Assembly (NCBI RefSeq): GCF_009914755.1
Contig: NC_060935.1
Reading direction: 5' to 3' (one strand)
From: the human T2T-CHM13v2.0 reference genome, Homo sapiens
DNA: 64,000 nucleotides
Below, in pieces: positions 12,658 to 26,066 of this stretch. The notes below the pieces were generated by a model. It ran no database searches. It was not told where the DNA came from and was given only the letters and a program-made list of their open reading frames with translations. Both the position numbers and the translations under genes were made by a program. Each line of letters starts with the position of its first letter. Position 1 is the stretch's first letter.

Positions 12658-12844
12658 CTAAGATGATGATGACAATGATCATGATGATGACAGAAAAAAC
12701 ATATTTCACAAACAACAGTTTTCCTCTCATGGGCCAGGACCATGCCCATGTACCCACAGCACTACAAAGCCTAAAATGACACTTGGTCTTACTCTCTCAC
12801 CTCCAGGCCTTGATGCTCTTCAACTTAAACGGTCAGTATTGGAA

Positions 12845-13700
12845 AACACCTAGATTCCTTCTCACCTCTTATTTATCATCACCACTGTCCTGGTTGTTTC
12901 TCACCAATTTTCACGGAGATAATTGCAATAGCCTCCCACCGTGAACCTTCCACCTGGTCTCTTTCCATTTTGGGGTCCCTCCAATCTATTCCCTACATGT
13001 AACCAGAGCAGTCTTTCCAAGTAATCATGGAAGCAAACTGCTGTCCTCCTTACTCCTTCACCCCAGAATGGCCTACCATGTTTGACAAACAAACCCTTCT
13101 GCATGACCTGAGCTCTCTGGAGTCGAACGCCGAAAACCACCGATGAACCTCATCTCAGGCCCCGTTTCCTCTAACACAGCACATGGCACACACTCTACCA
13201 GGTTTAACAAGCAAACAAACCCTTCTGCATGACCTGAGCTCTCTGGAGTCGAACCCCCAAACCCACTGACAAACCTCATCTCAGGCCCTGTTTCCTCTAA
13301 CACAGCACATGGCACACACTGGCCCCTTGTCCTCTCCCAAATATTTTAAAAGCATCAGCACTCCTATAACTTTTCTATTCCTTGACTGTCTTTTCTTGAT
13401 TCCCTACCTGAACAGATATGACTCATCTTTCAAAGGGTACCCCAACATCCTCTCTCCTCTGCCATTTGCCCTGACCTCTCCCCACATCCTGAAAGCAGAA
13501 GCAGCCATCTCTTCTGCTGCATTTTGTTTAGACCTGTCTCAGGAAGGGTATTGAACATGCTCTGTGTATGGCAGTTTATTGTCTTCTGACTGTCTTTGCA
13601 CCTAGAGGATGAGGAGCTGGAGGGCAAGTGTGGAATCACACACATCTCTACTCCTCAGTGTAAATCACACAGGCTGACAATGGTACATGCTTAATTTCTC
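12845..13700 (+). mobile_element. L2 fragments (contain a tandem duplication)
   Basis: ATTGCAATAGCCTCC..CCCTCCAATCTATT..CCAGAGCAGTCTTT..; degenerate L2 3' region. Confidence 0.55.
13073..13320. repeat. Two-copy tandem duplication (122 bp + 126 bp)
   Basis: CTACCA.GTTT.ACAA..ACAAACCCTTCTGCATGACCTGAGCTCTCTGGAGTCGAAC..CACAGCACATGGCACACACT occurs at 13073 and 13195. Confidence 0.95.
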
Positions 13701-15829
13701 TTTGAAAGAAAGATCCAAAACAGATTGAAAAGAAGTCCCAAAACTAAGGGAGGTAAAGCTTTGAATGGAAGACTTTAGATACTCAAACCTTTCTTTCTAA
13801 TTTTCTTTCAGATCCTCAAATAAAAGGAAGATAACACAGAGAGTGGAGGCTCCAAGCCTGCAGACATGCTGATTTATTTGTACTGCCAATTTAATTGTGA
13901 ATTATTAATTACCAAACAGGTACAGTGCAAGTCAATTCCAAACCAACCTGAGTTGATGGCAAAGGAGAATTATGGCAAATGCTGAATTCAGACGATTTTG
14001 CAGCTTGGAGTTTTACGCTGCTGAGACCTTACAGGTAAGTCTTTTCAAGGAGAAGCCAAGAGTAAAAAGTAGAACATTTGAGCTCTTAAGGGAATCTACA
14101 TTAGCAAATAAATAAAAATTGCCTAGCTTATAAATCTGCCATATTTGGGATTATTTCTGCATTAGGATTTGGCCTGAAATTTCAGTGCACATATTTTACC
14201 CAAATACATGCTGGGAAAAAAATAGTGTACATTCTAGCTACACTGCATTCTCTTGAGAAACATGTTCTACCCGTTTTTTTTTTTTCCTATATTTTCTAGC
14301 TTGTTAAAAAATAGTTCTGGGCTTAGAAATGTCAATACTTTTTTCACTTCTGTAAAGCAACAACTCGAGTGCAACTTCCAAAATATTCTCAGAATAACGT
14401 CGCTTCAGCTGGAAGTGTTCGGCCATCTGAAGTTTTTTGTCTTAATTTTTTTTCAGATCCTAGAGGCTCCCTGATAGTAAGTTACACACAGCTGGGGAAA
14501 GCACAGTCAGTGAATGGAGACAGCTATGGTGCCTCAGGATAGAACTCAGCACAGCCACCAACTCAGAACTGTTCTTTCCACAGACATCGTATCTCATGCG
14601 ATAGTGTGAAGGATGCTGGATTAAGAGATATGTAAAATTCCATGGATGCTTAGCATGTCATCCTCATTGCTCAGGCGCTCAGTCAATGTCACCCATTAGG
14701 AAAGAGCTTCCTGAAGTGGGATCGCGAAGACTAACCAAGATGTTCCCTCTAAGCCCAGGTAGTGTTGTCTGCTTTCCTCTGTAGCTCCGTCATGTTCTCT
14801 GTCATTGTCTCCAAGGAGGAAAGATAAGTACAGTTTTAGGGTGTGGATCGCCAGCAGAAAAGGAAGTGCAGAGGATGAATTGGCAGAAAGGGAAGTTCTT
14901 TTCTTCTTAATTATGATATCCTTAGAAACTAACATTAATATGCAACTTTGTTGTTTTCAAATTGCTTGTTTATGGAGAGAAGATCCTTACAAATGGTGAG
15001 ATAAATAGAATAAATATTCTCACTATTAATATTGAAGAAACTGAGGCATGGGGAGATAAATGGATCAAAATTACAGGGTTAGTAAATGAGAGCTCATCTC
15101 ACTGCATTATGATTCCTCTTTGTTTATTGTTGATCAATTCCCCAAACACAGTATTTCCATCCAGAAGCGTTCATGCATTTGTGTGCTCTGCTTCAAATGC
15201 CTTCCCAGAGCATCTCCCCTCCCAGTACCTGCCATGAGGAACAAAACCATCCCATTCAAGTCAGCGCCCCTTGCACACTGCGGACCACAACAGGAGAAGC
15301 CCATCTTCACCGTCCTTGTTTCCCCAGGGCCATGCATGCTGCTTGCCAAGGAAGGTATTCAATACTTTTAACGTAAATTTAAATCTGAATTGAATTGGCA
15401 ATATCACTACAACTCCACCCTTGTTTCCATGATGACTTTGTGAAGAAAGGAACACTTGGGGATAGCTTTTAAGTGCTTCTCCGTATTTTGGCAGATCTTT
15501 GTTTAATTTTTAGACAAGTATCTGTAGCAAATGAATCTATACATATTGCTACTGCTTGTAAATATACACATAAACATTAAGAAATGAATAATAACCTTAT
15601 CTGAAATGCCCAAATTACTCAAAGAAAATGATAAGACCCACAGAGTTTAACTAAAGGATAATAAGTAGCACAGTGTGTTATCTGTGCAGACGCTATTGAG
15701 CCTTCCCTGCTGGTGCTGCAGGTATCTGCTTATCTTTCACTGATGGTGGTGTTTTACAATAGGGCCTTTGCATAGATTGTGCAGAGGGTTCAATGCACAA
15801 CTACGGTAACTTCAAAATGTGGTCATTTT

Positions 15830-16010
15830 GGATAGATGACAGATGGGTAATAGCTAGGCAGAAGAAAGATCAATATAGATAGAAATATAGCAAGACAGAT
15901 GATACATTGACAGAGGTTGGGTAAGTAGGTGGGTAGCTAGAAAGAGATAGATGATAGATAGATAAACGGACAGATAGACGGATAGACAAATAGATGACCA
16001 ATAGACAGAG
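15830..16010. repeat. Degenerate (TAGA/CAGA)n tetranucleotide repeat
   Basis: GATAGATGATAGATAGATAAACGGACAGATAGACGGATAGAC. Confidence 0.8.
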
Positions 16011-16029
16011 GTAGAAATACCACAGTTAT

Positions 16030-16965
16030 CTTTTAAATATCTTGCTTCTGCCTAAAACCTCCAACATCTGCCCCTTGCTAAAGACGGAAGGTCTAAAACT
16101 TCTTAGCAGGATTTACAAAACCATTTGTTTTGCAGTCTGTCCAAAACATAACTTCTAGGCCCTTCTCTAAAGCCTCTCCCCAGAGCTCCATCACCCTCTC
16201 AGCTTTGTACCTTTACTTGTATATTTACCTGTACCTTTATTTGTACCTTTAATTGTACATACAATTCCCTCTGCTTGGAAAACCCATTCCCACACCTATG
16301 CCATCTGATCCACCCACTCTCCAGTTCTCAACTCACATTCAGAGCTTATTTGTGATGCCTGAATTGCTCTTTCTCTTCTTCCCAAGACAATCTTGTTTAT
16401 GCCTTTATCACACCATTTATCTTTGCAACTGAGCTATCCCATGGACAAGATCTGTGATAGGTATCCTCACATTCCTATTATACACACAATGACTGACATG
16501 CAGTAACATCTTCTTTATCCCTATAAACATAATGTATGAGTGCATGGGTTTCTAAATTCAGCATCTTTTAATGTGTCAAGTGTTTCCCATCCTAGAGATT
16601 GACATTTGCTCTATCCTCTCCCTGAAATCCTCACCATCCTATTCTTCACATGTGTAATTTTTTTTTCTGGGCTCAGTTTTAATGTCACGTCCTCAGAGAA
16701 GTCTTTGCTAATGACCCCAGTCTCCCACCCTCAATAACTACTTCAGGTCCTCTTGTTACAATCTCTCCTCAACCTTTACATTTTCTTGTATAAAACATAC
16801 ATAGTTTTGTGCTTTTATATCCATTTATATGATTATTTGTTTAACATCTCTCTGGCCCACTAAACTATCTGCTTTATAAACCACTACACTCCCAGTAATT
16901 AGAACTGTGCTTGCCACATAATATTTAATAGATGCTTAATAAAAACTTGTTAAATAAATAAATGA
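16030..16965 (+). mobile_element. L2 fragments (probably two 3' pieces); includes a 12-bp minisatellite at 16205-16260
   Basis: AATGTCAC.TCCTCAGAGAAG.CTT..CCCACTAAACT..ATAAAAACTTGTTAAATAAATAAATGA; TTGTACCTTTAN about 4.5 times. Confidence 0.7.
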
Positions 16966-17127
16966 CTACTCTGTATACTGTTTTACTCAAACGATTGTGT
17001 ACTTGTGAGAGAGAAGACTTGAGCTGGAAAAGGCTTTCCCAAAGATGAAACATGTCTTTCTGTAAAGTTAGTTGGGATTGAAATGTGTGATTTTGCACAT
17101 ATCAGCCCCACCCTGCATAAAGTTGAT

Positions 17128-17370
17128 ATGATGTGGTGGAAACGGAAGTGAGAGGCCAGGGAACATGCCTCCAGTTCTGAAGTCCAATAGACCTGCTTGG
17201 CATTGGACAACTTTTATTTACTGAGTCTAAGCCCATGGCTCCTCATCTGTACAATGGGGATGAAAAACTTGTCTCTTCAGGTTGTTGCAAGAACTAAATA
17301 TAAATGTATTCAACAGAGGAGCACAGTGCCTGGAAATAAGTGAGTACCTGGTAAATGTTAGCTGTTATTA
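17128..17370 (+). mobile_element. MIR
   Basis: CTCCTCATCTGTACAATGGGGATGA..AGCACAGTGCCTGG..TAAATGTTAGCTGTTATTA. Confidence 0.8.
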
Positions 17371-17668
17371 GCCTTTGTATATACTCATTGTTGATATTGT
17401 TCATGCCATTTAGAATCAGAGAAATGGCTTAATCTGTGCCTAATTGCTCATTTCCTAAATCTTAGTTTCCAACTTTAAGTTGGGACTTATAAATAAATAA
17501 AGCTTACCTTGGAGATATACACACACACATATATATATATATTTAAATACATTATATGATATGTTATATATAATAATATGGTATAATATATTGTATATTA
17601 TATTTAATAATATAGTATAACATTACTATATATTTCATATCTACATAGAGTATATGTAGAGTATGTAT

Positions 17669-17739
17669 GTGCATAAACACTCTAGCTACCAGAGTAAAAA
17701 GTGCATAAACTCTCTAGCTACCAGAGTAAAAAGTGCATA
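17669..17739. repeat. 32-bp tandem duplication next to an AT-rich low-complexity tract (17515-17668)
   Basis: GTGCATAAAC(A/T)CTCTAGCTACCAGAGTAAAAA x2.2. Confidence 0.93.
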
Positions 17740-18814
17740 TTCAATAACTAACCATCAATTTCCTCCTCTTAAACTGAGCTATTGGGCCTAAGCAAATGCA
17801 CAGGGAAAATCTCACATGTGTATGAAGAAATTGGCTTTTAAAATGTTTTCTTTTAGGGGGTGTCTGTTTCTAGAAGGAACAGGGTACAGGACATCAGCAC
17901 CATGTCCTGCCCAGCCAGGACCCAGACCTCATCTCAGCTGAGAGGCAGAAGAAAAGTGGGCCTGGGACCAGATGCAGAGGTGGCTGCTGCTGCTCCCTAC
18001 CTCAGCCTTGCCCACACCCTTAGCAATGCAATAAGTAATGATACCTCGTATGTGATGGGTGTTTGGGGCTTTATTATCTAATTTGTTCTTGACAACAGCT
18101 CTGAGGTAGACAGGACAAGATAAAGGAACTGACGTGTGCCCATAAGACAGGATGCTGGGACACAGTCTTAACCCTCAGGGCCAGACCCAGTGAGAGGGGT
18201 TCAGGTCACCAGGACAGCACTGGCCTTGGGGTCACACAGCTCCAGACTCTGGTCCTGGCCTCTCTTCAGCTGGATGCCTGTGTGCAGGTGAGTTCTGGAT
18301 CTTGCGGTTTCCTCCCCTAGGAGGAGTGTTCATGACACCTGCTTATGGTTTGGGTGAAGGTATGGGTAAAACTCTGAGCTCAATCCTTGGCCAAAAGTAG
18401 GTGCTTATTGAAGGCTGCTTCCTCATTCTCTCCACATTGTCAAGAACTCCCACGTTGTCAAGAACTCTCTGGGAATTTTTTTTTAATTGCAGATTATTAG
18501 AGCTGAATCAGAACAGGAAGCAATAGTGTCAGAAAGTCCTCAAGGTGAATTTGGCATGCAGCCAAGATTAGGAGTCATTGCTATACCCCCGCAAGGGGCA
18601 CCTGTTCTGTCTGGTCCTCTCCCAGTCACCCAGAGCTGCCCAGCTTCCATTACATCCCTCAGCATCCTGTCCCTCCAGGGCCTGCTCTCCATTAGAGATG
18701 GCTCCACAAGGTAACTGCAAGGGCAGCCTTTCCCTCCATCACAACTCTGCCCTGTCTCTGACCAGTCACAATATTTGGTTGTCTAGTTTTAACTGTTTTA
18801 TTTAAGACTGTATG

Positions 18815-19030
18815 TCAGAGTTAGAAAAAGAAATCTTGGGATTTGGAGTCACAGGGGCTAAGGTTTGAACACAATTTTTTTCCTACTATTTTCTGTGTGA
18901 TTTTTGTACACAAGCCATTAAGTTTCAGCTTCCTCTACTGTGAAATGGGCATAAAAATATTTGCATCACAGAGATATGGAGATTAGATTAGTGATAATTA
19001 TTTCAAAATGGCTTAAAAATCTATTATTAT
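18815..19030 (+). mobile_element. MIR
   Basis: TTTGGAGTCA..GGTTTGAA..CTGTGTGA..TTCAGCTTCCTC..CTGTGAAATGGG. Confidence 0.65.
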
Positions 19031-19734
19031 TGTTTTTACTTTATTGTTGTTATTATTATCAGGGAATAACAAAATATTAAGAGACCATGTGAAAGCTAAT
19101 ATAAATGTGAAATACTTTTCATTACAGTTTTAAACACTCAAGGCTATTTTACAAAAATAATACCGAAAAGACTTTTAAGGATCCAATGTTTTATCCTTCT
19201 GGGGCTACCTTTTTGCATTTTAATAGAAATGTTTATTTCTTAAACCAGAAGCAAATTGAGAATTATGGCATTTATCTAGGCTAGGTTATGTGATATTCTG
19301 TATACTCAAATAGTATAATATTTTGCAAAAAGCACTGCATGAAGTGTAAGGAGGAGCAGATTCTGAATATTTTCCTTCTGTAGCTCTGTGACATTTTTCT
19401 AATCATTTAATGTATCTGGCTAGAGCTGTATGTGCACTTGTGTGCTCATATGTTTGTGTGTGTGCATTGTTGTTAATTTGTTTTGGTTAATTTTAGAATG
19501 GAGGCATTGGATTGTAAATCCCCAGGTCTGTTCTGGTCTAAAACCCTGGGAGCCGATGGTCTTTCAGCAACAAGTTGGGTCTTATCAGTGAGCTCCTCCT
19601 GGGAACAGAGTAATAACACCACCAGCAGCAACAACAAAATAGTTCATGTTTATTTCTTGAAGCCTAGCATTAAGTGCTGTATATACATTGCTTCCTTTAA
19701 TTCCCAACACATTCTTAGAAAATATGCACAATTA

Positions 19735-21108
19735 AAAATCAGCATAAGGATAGGCATATACATCAATGGAATAGAATTGAGAATCCAAAAATATATCCAC
19801 ATTTTATGGTCAGTTCATTTCCAACAAGGTGCCAAGTCAATTCAATGAGGAATGAATAGTGTTTTCAATGAATGGTACTGAGACAAGTGGCTATCCCCTT
19901 GCAAGACAGTGAAGTTGGACCCCTACTTCATACCATATACAAAAATTAACTCAAAACATTAATAGATCAAAGACCTAAATGTAAGGGCTAAAACTTAGAA
20001 GAAAACACAAGAAAAACTATGTAGCCTTTGATTAGGTGATGAATCCTTAGCTATACCACAAGAAGCACAAGCAACAGCAGAAAAAATAGATAAACCGGAC
20101 TTCATTCAAATTAAAAGTGTTTGTGCTTCAAAACACACTATCAAGCAAGTGAAAAGAAAATCCACAAAATAAGACAAAGTATTTGAAAATCATATATCTA
20201 ATAACGGACTACTGTCAAAATATGTAAAAGCAATAAAATGTCAAATAATCCAATTTAAAAATGAACAAAGGAGTTGCATAAATAATTCTCCAAAGAAGAT
20301 ATACTAATCGCCAATAAGCACATAAGAAGATGTTTAGCACCATTATTTACCAGAAAAATGCAAATCAAAACCACAATGAGATATCACTTCACACCCACTA
20401 TGATGACTTTAATCAAAAAGAGAGACAAAAACAAGTTTGGCAAGGATGTGGAGAATTAATAGACTAATACAGTTGGTGGGAATGTAAAACAGCACAGCCA
20501 CCTTGGAGGACAGTCTGTAAGTTCTTCAAAAGGCTAAATATAAAGTATCCTATGGATCAGCAATTCTACTCTAGCTATATACCTATGAGAAATGAAGGCA
20601 TATACCCACACAACAGCTTGTGCATGAATGTTTGAGGCAGCATTGGTCATAATAGACAAAATTTTAAAACAAGTCAAATATCTATCAAGAGATGAATGGA
20701 TAAACAAAATGTGATACACCAATACAATGGAATATTATATAAGCATACAAAGAAACAAAGTACTGATATATGACCCAATGTGAATGAACCATGAAAATAC
20801 TAAGTGAAAGAAGCGAAACACAAAAGACCACATATTGTATGATTCCATTCATGTAGGATATCCAGAATAGTAAAATCCATAAAGATAAAAAATGCATTGG
20901 TGGTTGCCAGGAGCTAGGGAGAGAGATAAATGAGAAGTGACTATTGATGGAGGTGGAGCTTCCTATTGGAATTATAAAGATATTCTAGAATTAGATAGTG
21001 GTGACTAGTGTACAACCTGTGCATATTCTAAAAGCTCTGAACTGTTCTCTTAATAAAGGACTAATTTTATAGTACGTGAATTGTATCTGCATAAAACGTT
21101 TATAAAAA
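19735..21108 (+). mobile_element. L1MB (L1MB7/8-like) ORF2 3' end and 3' UTR
   Basis: CATATACAAAAATTAACTCAAAA..ATGCAAATCAAAACCACAATGAGATATCACTTCACACCCAC..TAGATAGTGGTGA..GTGAATTGTATCT.CATAAA. Confidence 0.92.
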
Positions 21109-21549
21109 CATCAATCACGGCCAATCATCTCTTATGAGGTCTTGTATTACAAGGAGAGACGACACCCCAACACATGTGACTTCTCAGAAAATATTCTTTT
21201 CATTTATTGATAGTTCTTTGAATAATGCTGCATAATGTCTGCTTAACTCCCCATTTCTCATTACTTGCCCACTGTTTCCTCTTTTCTTTCCAAGACAACT
21301 CGCATTGCCCTAGTCACATCAGCCCATTTGGCAATGTTCCAAATACCTCATGTTAATTCATGATTCCACACTTTTGCATGTGCTGTTCCTTCTGCCCATG
21401 TGCCATATTCCCCATTCATCCATATGCTGAACTCTTACTCATACTTGAAAACTGGTATTGAGATAGAATACCTTCTCTCCATCAGTTCCCTCATTCTACA
21501 GATAAATGTATGTCTGTGTTCCATGACAACATATGTATAACGATGTAAT

Positions 21550-22030
21550 ATATTCATTGAAAACATTTTTTGAGTTCCCACTATGAGCCAGACGTTACAT
21601 TGGAGGTAGAATAGCAAATAGACAAGGTCCTTTTCTCATGTAAATTATGGAGCTTAGTGTATAGAGGAGAACACTGACGCTGAAAAGTCATCATGAGAAT
21701 CTATGTGTGATTTCACTCTGGCTATGCTATGAAGTGGTGCAAAGCTCCATGATAGCCCATACTAGGGATTTTTTACTGGTCAGTGAGTTTGGTGAAGGGT
21801 TTGTTGTGGGCAGAGCTGGGCAGATGGATCAGCCTGTGCAAAGGATCTACAAAACAGAGAGCATGATGAGCTTCAGTGACTGTGGATGAAGTGAAAATAG
21901 TGAATCTCAGGAACTAAGGCTGAAAGCGCAGGTAGAGCCCAGAACTTACAGATTCTTTGAATAAACCCTGAGATTTTCAATCTTTTTGTAACAGCAGTTG
22001 GGCTATACATTAAAATGTTTAAAGACATGC

Positions 22031-22062
<32 letters not shown>

Positions 22063-22737
22063 ATGAAGATCATGGTACTGATGATAAAGGTGGTGATAAA
22101 CATAGTGATGGTGATAGATGATGATGGTGATAGTGATAATAACGGTGATGATGATGATGACAAAGATGGTAAAGATAGTGATGGTGATTATGGTGATGGT
22201 GGTAATGGTGATGTTGATGATAATGGTTATGGTGATGATGATGGTGATAATGATGGTGATGGTGATGATAATGGTGATGATGATAACGACAGTGATGACA
22301 ATAGTAATGACGGTAATGATGATGGTGATAGATGCTGACGGTGATGATGATGTTGAGGGTAATAAGGGTGGTGAAGATAGTGATGGTGATCATGGTGATG
22401 ATGGTGGTGGTGATGGTAATGCTGATGATGACGATAGTGGTGATGTTGGTGATGATGATTGTGGTAGTGATGATGATGATGATGATAATGATGATAATGG
22501 CAAGTGATGCAGGCATGACACATTTCCACTGGGAATTGTTCACTCCTGGCTGCAGTGTGGAGAATAGACTGAAGTTGAGCAAGTGAAAATGAAACTGGCT
22601 AGGGAGTTGTCCAAAAGTGAAATGGCAGAAGGTTAGACAAGTGCAGTAATAGGAGAGAGATGAGCTGAAAGAGAGAGATTTGAGTGACATTTGGGAGTAA
22701 AATAAACAGAGCTTGGTGAATGGCAGGATATGTGGTT
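21550..22737 (-). mobile_element. L2, split by the (GAT/GGT)n array
   Basis: ATTCATTGAAAACATTTTTTGAG..CCACTATG.GCCAG; after the array CACTC.TGGCTGCAGTGTGGAGAATAGACTG..CAGAGCTTGGTGA. Confidence 0.7.
22030..22500. repeat. (CTG)8(ATG)4 followed by a ~450-bp degenerate (GAT/GGT)n triplet array
   Basis: Read directly; source of the poly-Asp, Met/Val and His pseudo-ORFs. Confidence 0.97.
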
Positions 22738-22739
22738 AG

Positions 22740-22910
22740 TGTCACAGCACTTTTCACACTGTTCTATTGTTTTCTATGTCTCTCTCACTCACTCGACCGG
22801 GGATCCTTATAATTAAGGACTGTCATTTGTTCATCTCAGTATTCCAGGTGCCTCTCAGCACAATGCCTGGTATCTGGTAGGTGCTCAATCAATATGTGCT
22901 AAATGTAATT
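22740..22910 (+). mobile_element. L2 3' end
   Basis: CAGCACAATGCCTGGTAT.TGGTAGGTGCTCAATCAATATGTG. Confidence 0.7.
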
Positions 22911-23829
22911 GCTAATGCCAGGAGATTTTCAGAAAAATACAACCTCTCAGGATCCAGTGGGGCAGCCAGCAAATTGGAACTAGGTGAGTTGTGTGAAGTC
23001 ACATCCAATTATTTGAGGCAGGGCCAGATCCATGTTATTTGGTCTTATATACTCTGAGTGTGAATGAGACTCCCTCCATGTCCTGGTGTGATATGGTTTT
23101 ATTTTGTGCTGCAGATAGACCCAGTCCATTCTGATTGCTATTCTCCTCTGGGCTCTATTTTGATGAGAGAAATGATAGGGAATGAGAACAAATGGTTCTG
23201 AATAACACATACATGAATACATGCCAGGGGCTGGGTGACATCACAAACCTCTCAGGCTATGCTAAGTTCATTTGTGATGGTTGTCTCCACAGTGTCTCTT
23301 ACAGAAGTTATTTATAGACTCAGACACACACTTCCTATTTTTAATTTGCACAATTCAGACAACTGACCATGATCAGAGGAACTGAATGCAGCAAAAGAGT
23401 CTTTCTTGTCGAGTTCTCTTCTTTCTGGAGCATGGAGGTGCCCTCCCTCTGGGAGTCTCCTTTTGTTCCTTTCCCCCCCGACTTGTAGGCTCCCTGGAGA
23501 GTTCTTCTGGCCACACACACACTTAGGATCACAGGGTTTAATTTACATCACAGAATTTTCAAGTCAAAATAGACGTTAGGGATGCCCCTCGCTCTACCTT
23601 CCCATTTTGCCCATGAGGAAGTACTTTGGTTCCAGTCCCAGTTCTGTCAAGCATTTGCTGTGAGGTGGTGGCCAAGCCCATGACCTCTGTCAATCCAAGT
23701 CTCTCTCTCACAGGAAGGCCCCCTGAGTATTTCCGGCCTTCCTGGAGCGAGTTTCAGACCTCTCTCTTTCTCTACCTTCCTCTTTAACATGGTCATGGCA
23801 GTCTCTTGTTACAACAACCTGAGCTCCCT

Positions 23830-24010
23830 CCCTCTTATTCACAGTGTGACCTTGAGCAAGTTGTGTGACTTCTCTAATCTCAGTTTCTCAAACTGCAGAA
23901 CAGCATAGTGATCATAAGTAACTTATAGGGTCATTGGGAGGAATAAATGATAAATGAATATAAAAGGGTTTTTGTCACAGTGTCTGGCACATAGTAAATG
24001 CCAATGTTAT
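23830..24010 (+). mobile_element. MIR
   Basis: GTGTGACCTTGAGCAAGTT..CTCAGTTTCTC..CACAGTGTCTGGCACATAGTAA. Confidence 0.85.
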
Positions 24011-24049
24011 GGGCTCTTTATTCTATATCCAGATTTTTTTTTTTTTTTT

Positions 24050-24300
24050 GCCAGCAACTCTCATTTATTGAGAACTTAATAAGTGTCAAGTGACACTGTG
24101 CAAAGTTTGCCACACATCACTTATTTCATCTTATGGAAACCCTACATGGCAGTTTTACTACTACTTTACATTTTAAGGATTAGGTACTAGAAGCAGAGAG
24201 GGGTTAAATAACTTGCTAAATTTCACACAGCCTGGAAGAGGAGAGGCTGAGATGTGTCTCCCATTGACTGACTGCAGAACCCAAGGTTTCAGCTACAGCC
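24050..24300 (-). mobile_element. MIR (MIRb-like)
   Basis: CATTTATTGAG..CAGAGAGGGGTTAAATAACTTGC..TCACACAGC. Confidence 0.8.
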
Positions 24301-25733
24301 AGCCCACAGCTTGAGGTGATCCAATGTGCCTGGCTTCAAAGGCCAGCATCTCTCCACTCTTGCTGGCAGGGCTTTTGGTTTGGACACAGTGAGATGGGTA
24401 GAAGAGAAGTCTTGCAAGGTTTGGAACAGAAGTGGCCCTCACTTTGATGATCTGAGAAGTAGGTCATACCAAAAGCACCTGTTGCACTGAGTAGGAGGAA
24501 AACCAAATGAGGCAATGCAGGGGAAGTCCAGCATCTTCTCATTCTCTGCTTTAATTCCTAGACCTGTCATTTAGTGATCCTTGGTTACAGATGATCAGTG
24601 CGGAGTGTGAGCAGGGACATTCCTGGCCCAGATCAACCAGCCTGTACTCCTCAGCTTCTCACCAATGGTCCCTGATGCCTCCAGTCTTCCGCCTCAGTCC
24701 TGTCACATTTTAAGCCACTCCTGGCTGGGGAAGGCAGACGTGGAAAGATGCCTGGGCTGAGAATTAGGCCAGATGCATCCACACCTAGGATTTCATGCCC
24801 CTCCTTGTCTCCATCAGCTCCTGGCCTTCCTGATTTTGTCACTGTCCAGCAGATCTTTCTGCTGTGGCTTTCTGAAACTACTTTTGCATGTCCATCTTGT
24901 CCCCCATCCTAAATCTTTGAGGGGAAATGTGGTTTCTTCCATGACCCTTCTTCTAAGTTTATTCTAGAACCCTGCATAGCACCCAGTCTCTATCCAGGTC
25001 TGGAGCACAGCCTTTGGAAGCCACATCAGCAGGACAGATTCACCCAACCTCTCTGAGCCTCCTTGGTTTGCTCCATATTGCAACCTGGCACCTGGCGACT
25101 TGGGAGTATTGACAGACTCCTGCCCTGCTCTGCACCATGAACATCCACCCTCACCCCCCACACCCAGAGCTTTCCAATGATGAATGGGCTGCAGGTCTCT
25201 GTTGTGTTTTGCTCACATGAGTAGCAATGCTGGGGCCCAGGGGGTGTCTCAACTGAGCTGGCTGCCCCTTGGGATGCAGCCTCACCCTCAGGCCATCTAT
25301 CTGGAATCAGCCTAGGTACACTTCCCAGTAAATTTCCTGCCTGTGACTGAACACCCACGCCTCTTCCCTTCTCCCACCAGCTTTGTGCTGCCAAGATTAG
25401 ATCACTGTGCCTCACCCCTGCACCCAAGTTGTGGTCATTGTGTGTTCAAGTCTGCGACAGAATTGAAGAAGGAAATTCTCTGGGAACAGATACAGAAACT
25501 CTTTATCTTGGGAGGAAGATGGGATTTGGAAAATGTTTAAGAAATGGGCAGTTGTCCATCATCTTGTCTATTGTGGGAAGAGGGGAAAGGGTCTGAGCTC
25601 AGGGATCATTCTTCCATTGGGTAATTTTATTAAAATAAGCAGTATTTGGTGGCATGCAGATGATAGAGCTATCTTCAGAAGGTTCTAGCTGTGAATAAAT
25701 GATATGATAAAAGTAAATATAATTTTTAAACTA

Positions 25734-26066
<333 letters not shown>

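Noticed and set aside
13073-13315. ORF with an internal repeated peptide; possible CRISPR-like array
   Set aside because: Produced by a two-copy DNA duplication; no spacer structure, no cas genes, and the DNA is primate.
18432-18467. 18-bp tandem duplication (also a 10-bp one near 63189)
   Set aside because: Ordinary slippage duplications.
22015-22690. Poly-Asp/Gly, Met/Val, Ile/His and Ser-rich ORFs of 84-206 aa
   Set aside because: Translations of the (GAT/GGT)n array on both strands; no splice context, and they lie inside an L2.
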